Source of the DNA: Alkalispirochaeta sp.
Lineage (GTDB): Bacteria > Spirochaetota > Spirochaetia > DSM-27196 > Alkalispirochaetaceae
Length of the DNA stretch: 64,000 nucleotides
Direction: 5' to 3'
Assembly: GCA_965242725.1 (NCBI GenBank)
Contig: CBDESZ010000007.1
Location: forward strand, 1-64,000
Every line of letters starts with the position of its first letter. Positions within the stretch are counted from its first letter, which is position 1. The translations under genes and the position numbers were made by a program. Below are positions 30,794 to 41,214 of this stretch, piece after piece. Below the pieces are notes generated by a model. It was not told the DNA's origin. It did no database searches and was given only the letters and a program-made list of their open reading frames with translations.

Positions 30794-32344
30794 ACCGCTC
30801 TCAAACTCACTTATCGAAATCTTTTTGCCCTCATCGAGGAGCAGTCCGTAACGAATGAGGCTCTTGCCTTTTCCAATCGTTCCCACCGCCGCAAGGTTTC
30901 CATTCCTGAAGTAGCCGATCAGGAAGGTGCCGTCCGTGATATCCCCTTTTATTCGCGTTTCATCAAAATCGGGTGCGTACCCGATATAGGCAAAGGAGGT
31001 TTCAAACTGCCGCGTCCAGAAGAAGGGCGCGTAGGAGAGGCCCCTTCCCGTTCCCATAATCGACCGGGCAACTTCCTGCCCGTGGCGCTGTGCTGCAACC
31101 CAGTGTTCTACCCGCACTCCGGCAGCCTCTGCGTCGGCCCCGTCCTTCTTCCAGACACTGGCGATGTCCCCCACCGCAAATATACCCGGGGTGGAAGTCT
31201 GCAAATGGCCGTCTACGGGCACGACGCCCCCCGACGTGAGCCCGGAGCTTTCAAGATAGTCGACCACAGGGGTCACTCCCACGCCGACAACCACAAGGTC
31301 CGCCGGAAGCGTTGTTCCGTCGGAAAGCTCAACACCGTCGGCCTTCCCGTTACCGGTAATGCGGGACACCCCCGTTCCGAGTCTGAACTTGACGCCGCCG
31401 TCGGTGTGCATCTTCATAAAACGCCTGCCCACCTCGGCGCCGAAGAGACGCTCAAAGGGCACCGATTCCGGCGCCACGACGGTCACGTCGATACCGCGAC
31501 CGACCATATAGCCTGCCGTCTCCGTACCGATGAAGCTCGCCCCAATGACGACGGCGCGTTCGGCGCCTGCCGCGGCCTCCCGCAACGCCTCTCCTTCGGC
31601 AAAGGAGCGCAGGTAGAAGACGCCTGACCGGTCGGCACCCGGGACTTTCAGCTTCCTGGGAGTCGCGCCCGTCGCGAGAATCACAAAATCCCCGGAGATC
31701 TCGGAGCCGTCGTCAAGGACCACGCTCTTTGTTTCCGGTTTGATCGAGGCGGCGCGGCGGCCGGTGACAAGTTCGATTTTCATGTGGTTATAGAAATCTT
31801 CGGGGCGCATCGCCAGCGCGTCAAATCCCATGTCCCCGGCAAGATAGAACTTGGAAAGGAGGGTCCGGTTATAAGGCCGCAGCCCTTCCGGTGAGATCAT
31901 GATGATCCGGCCGGCGAAGCCTTCCCGGCGAAGGGTCTCCGCCGCGGCACTTCCGCCCGCTCCGGCACCCACGATGACCACCGTCCGGTCGTCACTTCCC
32001 GCAGGCATCGGGAATGAGGCGAGGCTTACATCCCCCACATACACATCACCGTTCTCCTCCCGGACCTCGTACGCCGGCAGGTCATCAAGGGCGGGGGCGC
32101 TCCGCAGAGCTCCGGTGGTGACGTCAAAACGGGCGTTGTGACATCCACAGATGATCTCGTCGCCGTGAACATGGCCCCACGAGAGAGGGCATCCCACATG
32201 GGGGCATCCATTGCCCCAGGCAAAGAGAGCATCACCCTTCCGCACGATGAGGACGCTTTCGTCCTCGCTCAAATCGACGGAAAAGGGTTTTCCCTCGGAA
32301 ATATCCTTACTTTGGGCGACTTTCTTCCAGGAATTGCCTGCCAT
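30785..32344 (-). CDS. Rieske 2Fe-2S / FAD-dependent pyridine nucleotide oxidoreductase fusion
   Basis: Rieske motifs CPHVG...CGCHNARFD, two Rossmann motifs (GAGAGG, GASFIG), FAVGD, RVEHW and PFFWTRQF. Start placed at MAGNSW, behind a GGAGG RBS. Confidence 0.92.
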   Translation of the reverse strand: MAGNSWKKVAQSKDISEGKPFSVDLSEDESVLIVRKGDALFAWGNGCPHVGCPLSWGHVHGDEIICGCHNARFDVTTGALRSAPALDDLPAYEVREENGDVYVGDVSLASFPMPAGSDDRTVVIVGAGAGGSAAAETLRREGFAGRIIMISPEGLRPYNRTLLSKFYLAGDMGFDALAMRPEDFYNHMKIELVTGRRAASIKPETKSVVLDDGSEISGDFVILATGATPRKLKVPGADRSGVFYLRSFAEGEALREAAAGAERAVVIGASFIGTETAGYMVGRGIDVTVVAPESVPFERLFGAEVGRRFMKMHTDGGVKFRLGTGVSRITGNGKADGVELSDGTTLPADLVVVGVGVTPVVDYLESSGLTSGGVVPVDGHLQTSTPGIFAVGDIASVWKKDGADAEAAGVRVEHWVAAQRHGQEVARSIMGTGRGLSYAPFFWTRQFETSFAYIGYAPDFDETRIKGDITDGTFLIGYFRNGNLAAVGTIGKGKSLIRYGLLLDEGKKISISEFESGLR

Positions 32345-32479
32345 AACCAGTACCTCCACGTCTAAAGGTAAAAAACGGTGGATGGTAATACAAGTTATGA
32401 CCTGTATATACAACCGTGTTGCGCCCCCGTGCCGGTAATTCCTTGCCACAACGAAAAAAACGGCAGTACTTTCGACAGG

Positions 32480-33085
32480 ATGAATAGCCACACGTTGCAG
32501 CAGAATACGGGACGCTCGGCAGAGGAGTGGATCGAACAATTACGCAGCGATGGTGTCCTTGATGGGAACCACAAGGAAATCGCCGAGCATATCCACCGGG
32601 CCTACGATGTCAGCTTCTGGTGGGCCCAGGGAATCACCGTCGAGATTGAACGGTCTCTCGGGCGTCGTGTTGAAGGCCAGACGCAGGACGGTCTGTTTCA
32701 GGTCGGCGTTAGCAGGACAATCGGGAGTCCCGCCCCGACACTCTGGCGGATACTGACGGGTCCTTCCGGAGCCGAAATCATTCTCGGGGAAGGAAGCGAC
32801 ATCGACCACTTTGTTCCCGGGATGACCGGCAGCATGGCTGGCGGAGGATCGTTCGCGGTAACGACGTTCCGTGAAGATTCTCACATGCGTATGCGTTTTC
32901 AATTGCCCGGGTGGGAACGCCCCTCCATTCTCCAGGTGAGGGTCACCGAAAAAGGTGCAGACGCCGCCACGCTGACCTTTCACCATGAACGCCTTCCGGA
33001 TTCCCGGCAACGGGAGGAGATGCGGAAGCGATGGCGGAACGCGGCGGATGCAGTTGCCCAGACTATCGAAAAGGTAATGCGGTGA
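32480..33085 (+). CDS. DUF4287-like N-terminal domain + SRPBCC/START-like domain protein
   Basis: TGRSAEEW...WWAQGITV, followed by a helix-grip-like region ending TLTFHHERLPD...MRKRW. Confidence 0.7.
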   Translation: MNSHTLQQNTGRSAEEWIEQLRSDGVLDGNHKEIAEHIHRAYDVSFWWAQGITVEIERSLGRRVEGQTQDGLFQVGVSRTIGSPAPTLWRILTGPSGAEIILGEGSDIDHFVPGMTGSMAGGGSFAVTTFREDSHMRMRFQLPGWERPSILQVRVTEKGADAATLTFHHERLPDSRQREEMRKRWRNAADAVAQTIEKVMR

Positions 33086-33711
33086 TGACGGTCACCCGTA
33101 CCGAAATTGACGCCATGGAAGGGCGTTTCCGCGCCGCATTTGTGAACTCCCTCCCCGGTTTCAAGCCGGTGAATCTCATCGGAACGATCTCGAAAGAGGG
33201 AAGAACCAACGTCGCCATCGTCAGTTCGGTCGTACATATCGGATCAAACCCACCGCTGATCGCCTTTGTCAGCAGGCCGTTGAGCGTCGAGCGACATACC
33301 CTTCAAAACATTTACGCAACCGGCCAATACACGATAAACGCGGTCACAACGGATATGGTGAAACAGGCACATCAGACGGCGGCCCGTTACCCCTCGCATG
33401 TGAGCGAATTTGACGCGGTCGGATTCACTCCTGCCTACACCGATGGCTGCGACGCCCCCTTTGTCGGGGAAAGTCCCCTCCGGATCGCACTGACCTACCA
33501 CTCGAGTGTCGAGATGCCCAACGAGACGGTGATGGTGATCGGAGAGGTTGCCTCCGTTCACATCGCCGATAATGCGATTCATACCGACGGGGCCATCGAT
33601 TTCTCCCGCATCGACGGCGCGTGCGTTACCGGACTGGACAGGTACTTCAGCACCAGACCGATCACCCGCCTTTCATACGCAAAGCCTGATGCACCAGCCG
33701 AACCCGTGTGA
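33085..33711 (+). CDS. Flavin reductase-like (DIM6/NTAB) FMN-binding protein
   Basis: Motifs NSLPGFKP, SSVVHIGSNPP, RHTLQNI and SEFDAVG. Confidence 0.88.
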   Translation: MTVTRTEIDAMEGRFRAAFVNSLPGFKPVNLIGTISKEGRTNVAIVSSVVHIGSNPPLIAFVSRPLSVERHTLQNIYATGQYTINAVTTDMVKQAHQTAARYPSHVSEFDAVGFTPAYTDGCDAPFVGESPLRIALTYHSSVEMPNETVMVIGEVASVHIADNAIHTDGAIDFSRIDGACVTGLDRYFSTRPITRLSYAKPDAPAEPV

Positions 33712-33764
33712 CGGCGTCACACGGTACGGTCCCGGCGGATTCATTTTTATATGAGGGGAGTGAA

Positions 33765-34817
33765 ATGGAAGAGATTCCGGCGACAATGCACGCGGTACTC
33801 CTGACGGGACACGGAGGTCTCGATAAACTCGCGATACGTGACGATGTTCCTGTGCCGTCGCCGGGTCCCGCGGAAGTTCTCATACGTGTTGCCGCGGCAG
33901 CGGTGAACAATACCGACATCAATACTCGCGAGGCGTGGTACTCCAAAGACGCGGCTTCCGCCGCGGATGCGAGCTGGAGCGGCAATCCCGTCACCTTTCC
34001 ACGAATCCAGGGTGCCGACGTGTGCGGCTCCATTGTGGCCGTCGGCGATGGGGTATTGCCGGGACGTATCGGTGAGCGGGTGATTATTGAACCGCTGATC
34101 AGGGAGACACAGGGGAAGATGCTCACCAATCCGTGGTACTTCGGATCCGAGTGCGACGGCGGATTCGCTGAGTATACAGTTGTTGCCGCACGACACGCCT
34201 ATGCGGTGCAGAGCGGGTACTCCGACGTGGAACTGGCTTCCTTTCCCTGCTCCTATTCCACCGCCGAGAATCTTCTGTCCCGGGCCGGAGTAGACGGGCG
34301 GGATGTGGTACTGGTAACCGGGGCCTCCGGCGGCGTCGGATCGGCGGCTGTTCAGCTGGCACGGGCGCGGGGCGCGCAGGTTCTTGCGGTGACAAGCCGC
34401 GAGAAAATGTCACAGCTGCAACGCCTCGGTGCCGACCGCGTCTATCGACGGGACGAGGACCTCCGGACATGCATCGGCAGGAATACCGTCGATGTCGTGA
34501 TAGATCTCGTCGCGGGAGACAGCTTTCCCGTCCTTCTCGACCTTTTGAAGCCCTTCGGGCGCTACGCCGCAGCCGGGGCAATCGCGGGGCCGATTGTAGA
34601 ACTCGATGTACGAACGCTCTATCTGAAAGATCTCACGATGGTCGGCTGCACGGTCCTCGACACGGCGGTCTTCCCGCACCTGGTGAAAAGGATTGAAAAC
34701 CGTGAAATTTCTCCCCTTGTTTCGCGGACTTTCCCGATCACTGAAATCGCCGCAGCGCAGACTGCCTTTGCCGCCCACCGCCATGTCGGCAAGATCGTAC
34801 TCACCATGGATTTCTGA
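33765..34817 (+). CDS. Medium-chain alcohol dehydrogenase/quinone oxidoreductase (MDR)
   Basis: Motifs VNNTDINTR, RIQGAD, GGFAEY, VTGASGGVG and GKIVL. Confidence 0.9.
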   Translation: MEEIPATMHAVLLTGHGGLDKLAIRDDVPVPSPGPAEVLIRVAAAAVNNTDINTREAWYSKDAASAADASWSGNPVTFPRIQGADVCGSIVAVGDGVLPGRIGERVIIEPLIRETQGKMLTNPWYFGSECDGGFAEYTVVAARHAYAVQSGYSDVELASFPCSYSTAENLLSRAGVDGRDVVLVTGASGGVGSAAVQLARARGAQVLAVTSREKMSQLQRLGADRVYRRDEDLRTCIGRNTVDVVIDLVAGDSFPVLLDLLKPFGRYAAAGAIAGPIVELDVRTLYLKDLTMVGCTVLDTAVFPHLVKRIENREISPLVSRTFPITEIAAAQTAFAAHRHVGKIVLTMDF

Positions 34818-34896
34818 CGAAGCTGTGGCGCACCCTCTCCACGGCGGCTTTTCCACGGTTGCCTCTCCGCCGGAAAAACGGGAGAGTAGAGTGGTC

Positions 34897-36183
34897 ATGC
34901 CCGTACGACACGCGTTCATCAATACGACCCTTGCGATCCTCATTCTCGTCGTTTTTATATCACCCGCGGCGGGGCAGGACGCCGTCCGCCTCTCCCTTGA
35001 CCTCGGCAGTGACGTGGAAATCGTGACCCGCTGGGGATACACGATTCGCGTCGACGGTCGCTACCGGGGACACGTGAGCCGGGAGGCGCTCCTGTTGATC
35101 TCGCGGGGTGACGCGGGGTCGCCATCCCGGCCGGCAGACGCCGGGCTATCTGGTTCCGGGGCGTACCACGGCGAACTTCTGGTAAGCGAAGATTCAATAC
35201 GCGACGGCATGACCGTCGCCCGACGTATCGCCGACCGACGGGACGCCACCGTTGAATACCTCCCCTCCGGTGAGGTGCGCGCTCCTGAGGGACAGCGGGC
35301 ACCCATCTTCCGCGGTGTACCCAGCTTTCCCGACAAGGCGGTGGCACCGGGCGACACGTGGCAGGCGCCGGGGTCGGTGCAGTTCTACCTGGAAGACGAC
35401 CGTGCCGTGGTAATCCCCGTCCTGGCTGAATACACATACCAGGGAACGGAGATGTACCAGGACCGGCGCGTTCACCGGGTGACGGCGATCTACGCCGTCC
35501 GTGGTCCCCTCTCGCGGGGACAACTCGGGAGCCACCCCGCCCGGGACATCGTGGCGGGACTGCCGCAGCTTCCGTCGGACTACACCCTCCACGGCCGACA
35601 CGATCTGGACGTGCTGCTTCCCGTTGGGGGCGGGCCGCCGGTCTTTCAACGCACTACCATACGGGAGCAGCTCCGCCTTCCCTCCGGCTCCATGGAGGAG
35701 CGCTCCGGCTATATCCTTACCTGGTACCACAGTACCGGCGACTTTGACGGTCCCGGCGAGGCGGCTCGCATTACCGAGCAGATCGCCAGGGAGGGAATCG
35801 AGGACGTCGCCGTCCGCGCCACAGAGGACAATCGCGTCTCCCTGGAGATCCGCAATCTCCGCTTCGTCGCCGATCAGGCGGTACTCCTTCCCGGAGAGGA
35901 AGATCGCCTCGACGGTATCGCGGAGGTCCTGGCGAGTGTCCCCGACCGGTCGATCATGGTCATCGGCCATACCGCCGACGTGGGAACGGCAATCAGTCAG
36001 CTGGAACTCTCATACCAGCGGGCGCGGAAGATCGTCGATGAACTGACCGCCAGGGGTATTGAGGCGGGCCGTCTCTTTTACGACGGCCGGGGTGGACGGG
36101 AGCCGGTGGCGCCCAATGACACCGACGAGGGACGCGCCCGGAACCGCCGCGTGGAGATAGAGATCCTTCCGGCGCGAAACTGA
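34897..36183 (+). CDS. OmpA-family (peptidoglycan-binding C-terminal domain) exported protein
   Basis: Signal peptide, plus C-terminal IGHTADVG, LSYQRA and NRRVEIEI. Confidence 0.9.
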   Translation: MPVRHAFINTTLAILILVVFISPAAGQDAVRLSLDLGSDVEIVTRWGYTIRVDGRYRGHVSREALLLISRGDAGSPSRPADAGLSGSGAYHGELLVSEDSIRDGMTVARRIADRRDATVEYLPSGEVRAPEGQRAPIFRGVPSFPDKAVAPGDTWQAPGSVQFYLEDDRAVVIPVLAEYTYQGTEMYQDRRVHRVTAIYAVRGPLSRGQLGSHPARDIVAGLPQLPSDYTLHGRHDLDVLLPVGGGPPVFQRTTIREQLRLPSGSMEERSGYILTWYHSTGDFDGPGEAARITEQIAREGIEDVAVRATEDNRVSLEIRNLRFVADQAVLLPGEEDRLDGIAEVLASVPDRSIMVIGHTADVGTAISQLELSYQRARKIVDELTARGIEAGRLFYDGRGGREPVAPNDTDEGRARNRRVEIEILPARN

Positions 36184-36245
36184 AACAGCCCATCGAAGGG
36201 ATCGCCGTCTATACCAATTTTGTGGACGTCCGTCGATGAGAAATG

Positions 36246-38051
36246 TTACTCCGCCGGATTCAATTGCCGCACAAGACCGAGCAGAACGCCTTCGCTAAAG
36301 GGTTTATTGACAAACACGTCAAATCCGGCATCCATGCAGTCAACTTCGATCTCTGTGCGGGAGTGTCCGGTCAAAGCGATAAGACCGGTACGGGCTCGTT
36401 CACGGTTTGACTCACGTTTTCTGATGTGTCTTGCAACATCAATACCGGTCTTTCGAGGCATGGCGATATCAAGTATCGCGACTGGAAAGGTGTATTTTTC
36501 GACGGCATCTACCGCCTCCTGTCCGTCCCTGGTCTCATAAACGGAGTACCCGTATTTCTTTAGAAGTTTGACAAGATAGAGACGGTTGATCGCATCGTCC
36601 TCCGCTACGAGAATTTGATCTACCGCCTCAACCGGATTTACCACGACAGACTTGCGTTCTACCGGGATACGGGCGGTAAAGACCGTTCCTCCCTCCGGCC
36701 GGGATAAAAAGGACAAGTCCCCGCCGAGAAGTGAACATATCTGACGTACCACCCACAACCCGAGTCCGAGCCCCCGGTGTCGTTTCGTATAACCGCGGTC
36801 TCCCTGAAAAAAGCGATCGAAGATCCTCTCATACATTTCGGGGGGAATACCAACGCCGGAATCCTCGACAGATATCGTTAGATCAGCGTCGTCCAACTGA
36901 AACACGACTCGCACAAATCCCGAGTCGGTAAACTTGACTCCATTTGACAGTAGCGCCGATACAATTTGACTGAGTCGATCCGGATCAACAAACAGCAGCG
37001 TTCCGGCGGTCAAGTCTTCTACCGTGAAGGTGAGCCCCTTTTCTCTCGCTTTCTCGTGGTATGTCTCCACAAAGCCGGAAATCACGTCGCGGATTTCACA
37101 CCAGACGGGCGCCGTATACAGATTCCCGTTCTCAATTTCCCGCGCATCCAGCACCGAGGTAACCAGTTGGGAGAGATCGTTTGCGGACGTACGCAGTCTA
37201 TGGGAAAGATCATCACGCTCCTCATCACCTGTTGCGTTCTCAAGCAATCTGATTATGCCCAGGATGCCGTTTACGGGTGTTCTGATTTCGTGACTGATGT
37301 TTGCAAGAAACTCTTTTTCCGCCTTCTGGGCTTCAATAAGCCGGATATTCGACAAACGAAGTTCAGCTTCACGTTTTCTTGCCTCATGCGTAGCGACTAT
37401 CAGGGTAACGATACTTCCAATTGATGCGACGATCAGGATCAGAATTATCTTCGTGGTCGTCCAATTGAGCCCGAGAATCTCCCGACGCAGCTCAACAAAC
37501 GCAATAGCCTCAGCACGGCGGATGCCCGTGTGCATTCGCTGGGCGGCCTGTAACGCACCGCGGATATACGGTGTCAACCGTTCCTCCAATGCGGCGGATG
37601 ACACTGCCGGGTCTGCTTCACGATTCAAAGAAGATAGCTCTGCAAGGAGCATTTCGGTGTTCGACTCAAACTGGAAGCTATTCTCCAGAAGCTCGGAGAC
37701 CACGATAGGGTGATCACCGCCGAGAGCCTCTTTAAACTCTTCAAGACTCTTGGACTGGTAGTCCCGGAAGTAGGCCGACAACGTGACCCGGAACTCACTG
37801 AGAACGGTTCTGAACGCATCCGGATCATGAGAAGTAAAATCGATAGTGGATAGTTCCGCGATTCTCAGACTCGTCGTGTGCAGGTGAAATGCCTTCTCCA
37901 TGATGTGTTCCGTATAGACGGAGAACCTATCCTGCATCACCGCCCGTTCGTTCAGCAGGAAAAAGACTCCCGCAGAAGAAAGCGTTGCAACAACGAGTAG
38001 TATCGCACTGACCAGTATCGTGAAGCGCTGGTTATTCTGTTTATCGTTCAT
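36246..38051 (-). CDS. Hybrid sensor histidine kinase/response regulator
   Basis: Two TM segments around a helical periplasmic domain, FLANISHEIRTP, NGVKFT, DSGVGI, GLGLGL and a C-terminal receiver (AEDD, LDIAMP, KP). Confidence 0.93.
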   Translation of the reverse strand: MNDKQNNQRFTILVSAILLVVATLSSAGVFFLLNERAVMQDRFSVYTEHIMEKAFHLHTTSLRIAELSTIDFTSHDPDAFRTVLSEFRVTLSAYFRDYQSKSLEEFKEALGGDHPIVVSELLENSFQFESNTEMLLAELSSLNREADPAVSSAALEERLTPYIRGALQAAQRMHTGIRRAEAIAFVELRREILGLNWTTTKIILILIVASIGSIVTLIVATHEARKREAELRLSNIRLIEAQKAEKEFLANISHEIRTPVNGILGIIRLLENATGDEERDDLSHRLRTSANDLSQLVTSVLDAREIENGNLYTAPVWCEIRDVISGFVETYHEKAREKGLTFTVEDLTAGTLLFVDPDRLSQIVSALLSNGVKFTDSGFVRVVFQLDDADLTISVEDSGVGIPPEMYERIFDRFFQGDRGYTKRHRGLGLGLWVVRQICSLLGGDLSFLSRPEGGTVFTARIPVERKSVVVNPVEAVDQILVAEDDAINRLYLVKLLKKYGYSVYETRDGQEAVDAVEKYTFPVAILDIAMPRKTGIDVARHIRKRESNRERARTGLIALTGHSRTEIEVDCMDAGFDVFVNKPFSEGVLLGLVRQLNPAE

Positions 38052-38620
38052 CGTACTTCGATGTGGGCAAGCCACCAGACATAGTCGAGCTTCAACAGCT
38101 CCATCTCAAGTTCAGGATAGTCTTCATGTCTGACGGCAACAGACAATGGGCTTTTATTCCGCTCATCCTCTTGTTCGCTGTAGACTTTGCCGTCTTCTGC
38201 ATACGTGATCGTGTATCGGTATTTCTTCACATCTTCAAGCGCGATGTCTGCAGTGTAGTCATTGGATGCGGTGAGAATTATCCGCTCTGCCGTGCCCTCA
38301 ATTCCCATTGCTTCCAGAAAAGAATACAGCTCAAAACCGGTATATGAGGATGTATCGTCGAGCCAAGGATCGTAACTGCTGAACTCTCTCGCGGGAAGGG
38401 CCATAAGTTGTTCGAGCGTGAAAAAGGCAGGCTCTTCGTTATTCACCTTTCCTGAAACGGTCAGGACGGTATCATCTGTTACGGACTGAGAGTACGACGG
38501 CTTTTGGTCCCACCTATCGGTCGTCTCCATGTCGCGCCCCGCGCAGGAAACGATCGATATCAGAACATACGAAACAAGCGTGATCATTGATATGATTCGA
38601 ATGCCCGACACCGGCCTCAC
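38048..38620 (-). CDS. Lipoprotein with a sulfite-oxidase-like (Oxidored_molyb) fold, PruR-like
   Basis: Lipobox IVSC. Motifs LTVSG, DPW, YTG, ASNDY, K.PL and VWW. Its stop overlaps the kinase start (ATGA). Confidence 0.7.
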   Translation of the reverse strand: MRPVSGIRIISMITLVSYVLISIVSCAGRDMETTDRWDQKPSYSQSVTDDTVLTVSGKVNNEEPAFFTLEQLMALPAREFSSYDPWLDDTSSYTGFELYSFLEAMGIEGTAERIILTASNDYTADIALEDVKKYRYTITYAEDGKVYSEQEDERNKSPLSVAVRHEDYPELEMELLKLDYVWWLAHIEVR

Positions 38621-38938
38621 CCTGAAATTCTACACTTTCCGCAAAGCGAGCTGCAAGTTAAAGGACCATCTCGATTGCAGACATATGTGTGTCGTTATCG
38701 AGGTGGCGGAACCGAGCGTCGGGAACTTTTACGGTGTGAATGGATAGTAGACAATGGATACCGTGAGCACGTTCCATGACATCGGCTATCATTCGTCATC
38801 CCCACGCCGTCTTCCCCGGCGGAGTGATTTCGCCGACCGCCCATGACTTCATCAATGATTAATGATACTCTCGGAAAATCATTTCAGATTGATCATCTCC
38901 GTAATAACCGGGGTGAACCCAGCTATGGAGGATTCTCA

Positions 38939-40420
38939 TTGGAAAAAACCCTGAGCAAGGTCAAGTACATTATCATCGTCGCGATTGCGCTCATGATGAC
39001 GTATCTCTTTTCGACCCAGTACACGAGTATTCGGGAAGTAGTAGAAGAGAAGTACCGCAATCAGCAACAGCTGGTGGAGAAGAACATCCTCCAGACGGTG
39101 AACTACATCAATGACGCCTATGCGATCGCCGAGCAGCAGCTGAATCGGGAGATGCAGGAGTACTCGCAGGAGATGGTACGGGAGTACCGGACCAACCCCG
39201 ATGTGATGGCGTGGGACCTTGCCGCATTACAGGAGCGATTCCCGGGATACGACATCTATATCGTAGACAGCAATCTGAAAATCATAAGGACGACTTATGA
39301 GGAAGACCTGGGCCTCGACTTCTCGACATTCGGCAGTTTTGCGACGATCCTGCGGGAGCGGATGGCGGGAGACGAGTTTGAAGTCGACCGACTTGATCTC
39401 TCAACACAGGCGGGGGTGATCAAGAAATACAGCTACATGCCCAGTCCGGACAACCGCTATCTCTTTGAACTGAGTGTAAGTATCGAGGAGCGGTACCCCT
39501 CTTTTCAGAGTCTGAATCTCTTTAAGGACGCCACCTCCCTGACGGCGGAGTATGAGCTTGTGGAAGAGATCGGGTTTTACAGCGTGGAGCCGCTGAAGCA
39601 CGGCGTCGCAAAACTCAGGAACACCAAACGCCCTTTTCTCAATCCCGACGTGCCCGAATTTGAAGAGGAGCTTGCACGACAGGCGGTCATTACCGGCGCA
39701 ATGCAGGAAAGTACCCGAAGCATCGACGGCGTACAGCGAAGCTACCGATTCTTTCCCGCTCTGGTGAGTGATCGGGAAAACGGTCAGGGTTGGAACTCCT
39801 ATGTGGTCGGTATTGTTTACAACGATCAGGTGATGCAGCAGGAAATCGCGGAACATCGGTACCTGTTTCTCGTCAACATCATTTCCATCGCCCTCCTGTT
39901 CACAACCTTCATCGCCGTCGTCATCTATCTCCTCAAAAAGTTTGAACATCAGGCTCACCACGACAAACTGACGGGGCTGGCCAACAGGAAACATTTCGAG
40001 GATCTCTTTCACAAGCTGAAAAAACGAGCTGATGCCGACGGGGGCAGCATCGGCGTCGTCTTCATCGACCTCGATACATTCAAAGAGATCAACGACCGGT
40101 ACGGACACGATACGGGAGACGCGGTACTGAAAAATATCGCCTCCAGAATGGAAAACCACCTGAAAGAAAAGGATTTGAAAGCGCGCATGGGTGGCGACGA
40201 GTTCCTGGCGGCCCTGGCCGACGTCACGTCGGGAGACAACATAACCGACGTCGCACGGCGCCTGATTGCCGAACTTAATCAGCCCCTCTCCATCGACGGG
40301 CGGATCATTCCCATCAGCGTCAGCGGCGGATTCAGCTGCTACCCCGACGATGCCCGGGACCTGGAAACGCTCATCAAGCGTGCCGACGAGGCGATGTACG
40401 AGGAAAAACGGAAGGTATAA
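38939..40420 (+). CDS. Membrane diguanylate cyclase (periplasmic sensor + GGDEF)
   Basis: Motifs DKLTGLANR, FIDLDTFKEINDRYGH..GD and RMGGDEF. TTG start after a GGAGG RBS. Confidence 0.93.
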   Translation: MEKTLSKVKYIIIVAIALMMTYLFSTQYTSIREVVEEKYRNQQQLVEKNILQTVNYINDAYAIAEQQLNREMQEYSQEMVREYRTNPDVMAWDLAALQERFPGYDIYIVDSNLKIIRTTYEEDLGLDFSTFGSFATILRERMAGDEFEVDRLDLSTQAGVIKKYSYMPSPDNRYLFELSVSIEERYPSFQSLNLFKDATSLTAEYELVEEIGFYSVEPLKHGVAKLRNTKRPFLNPDVPEFEEELARQAVITGAMQESTRSIDGVQRSYRFFPALVSDRENGQGWNSYVVGIVYNDQVMQQEIAEHRYLFLVNIISIALLFTTFIAVVIYLLKKFEHQAHHDKLTGLANRKHFEDLFHKLKKRADADGGSIGVVFIDLDTFKEINDRYGHDTGDAVLKNIASRMENHLKEKDLKARMGGDEFLAALADVTSGDNITDVARRLIAELNQPLSIDGRIIPISVSGGFSCYPDDARDLETLIKRADEAMYEEKRKV

Positions 40421-40425
40421 CCTCC

Positions 40426-41103
40426 CTACCACACAAAGGGAATCAGGCGATATCGTACCTTCTGCCGGTACTCCGCATATCCCGCAAGCTCCCTGACGAG
40501 AAGGGCCTCTTCATTTCTGATGCGAAAGACCAGCGCAACGGGATAGGCGACAAACAGGAGAAGCGCCCAGAGCGAATTGAGTGCAATCGGTGTCGCCAGG
40601 TACATGATGATCGTACCGGTGTACATCGGATGCCGTACCCAGGCGTAGGGCCCCGTGGATATCACCGTCTGTCCCTCCACCACTTCGACCACCCGGGAGG
40701 CGTAGGAGTTCTCCCGGAAGACGGCGATCACGAAGACATAACCGGCGAGGACGAGAACGTCCGCCGCCACCACAACGGCATCGGGAAGGCCGGACCAGGA
40801 GAATCGATGGTCCAGACCGGCCACCACATACCCCGCAAAGATGATGGGCGTAATGACGAGCTGTATACGTTGCTGCGTACGCTCCCGTTCCTTTGTGCGC
40901 ATTCTCCGCTCGAGAAACTCAGGATGGCGATTCAATAAATAGAGCACGGCGACACCCAATGCGGCGAGCAACAGTCCACAGTACAGCCACGCCTGCCAGT
41001 ACCGCGCCGTTCCGGCGGGAAGAAAGAGGACGAGGAAGAAAAAGAGCGGTAAAAGGGCTACCAGGCGGAGTGCCTTTTTTGCGATTCGGGCTTTGTCGGA
41101 CAT
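40426..41103 (-). CDS. Isoprenylcysteine carboxylmethyltransferase (Ste14/PEMT) family membrane protein
   Basis: Motifs TGPYAWVRHPMY, EEALL and YRLIPFVW. Confidence 0.9.
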   Translation of the reverse strand: MSDKARIAKKALRLVALLPLFFFLVLFLPAGTARYWQAWLYCGLLLAALGVAVLYLLNRHPEFLERRMRTKERERTQQRIQLVITPIIFAGYVVAGLDHRFSWSGLPDAVVVAADVLVLAGYVFVIAVFRENSYASRVVEVVEGQTVISTGPYAWVRHPMYTGTIIMYLATPIALNSLWALLLFVAYPVALVFRIRNEEALLVRELAGYAEYRQKVRYRLIPFVW

Positions 41104-41214
41104 GGAGAGCCTCCCCGTTGAGGAAACTTCTTGTCTTCATTATAGGACCGTTTCCGGGATAACAACACATATCATTTGCAGAAGAGAAGGCTCGGCCGCG
41201 TCGCGCGCTGAACT

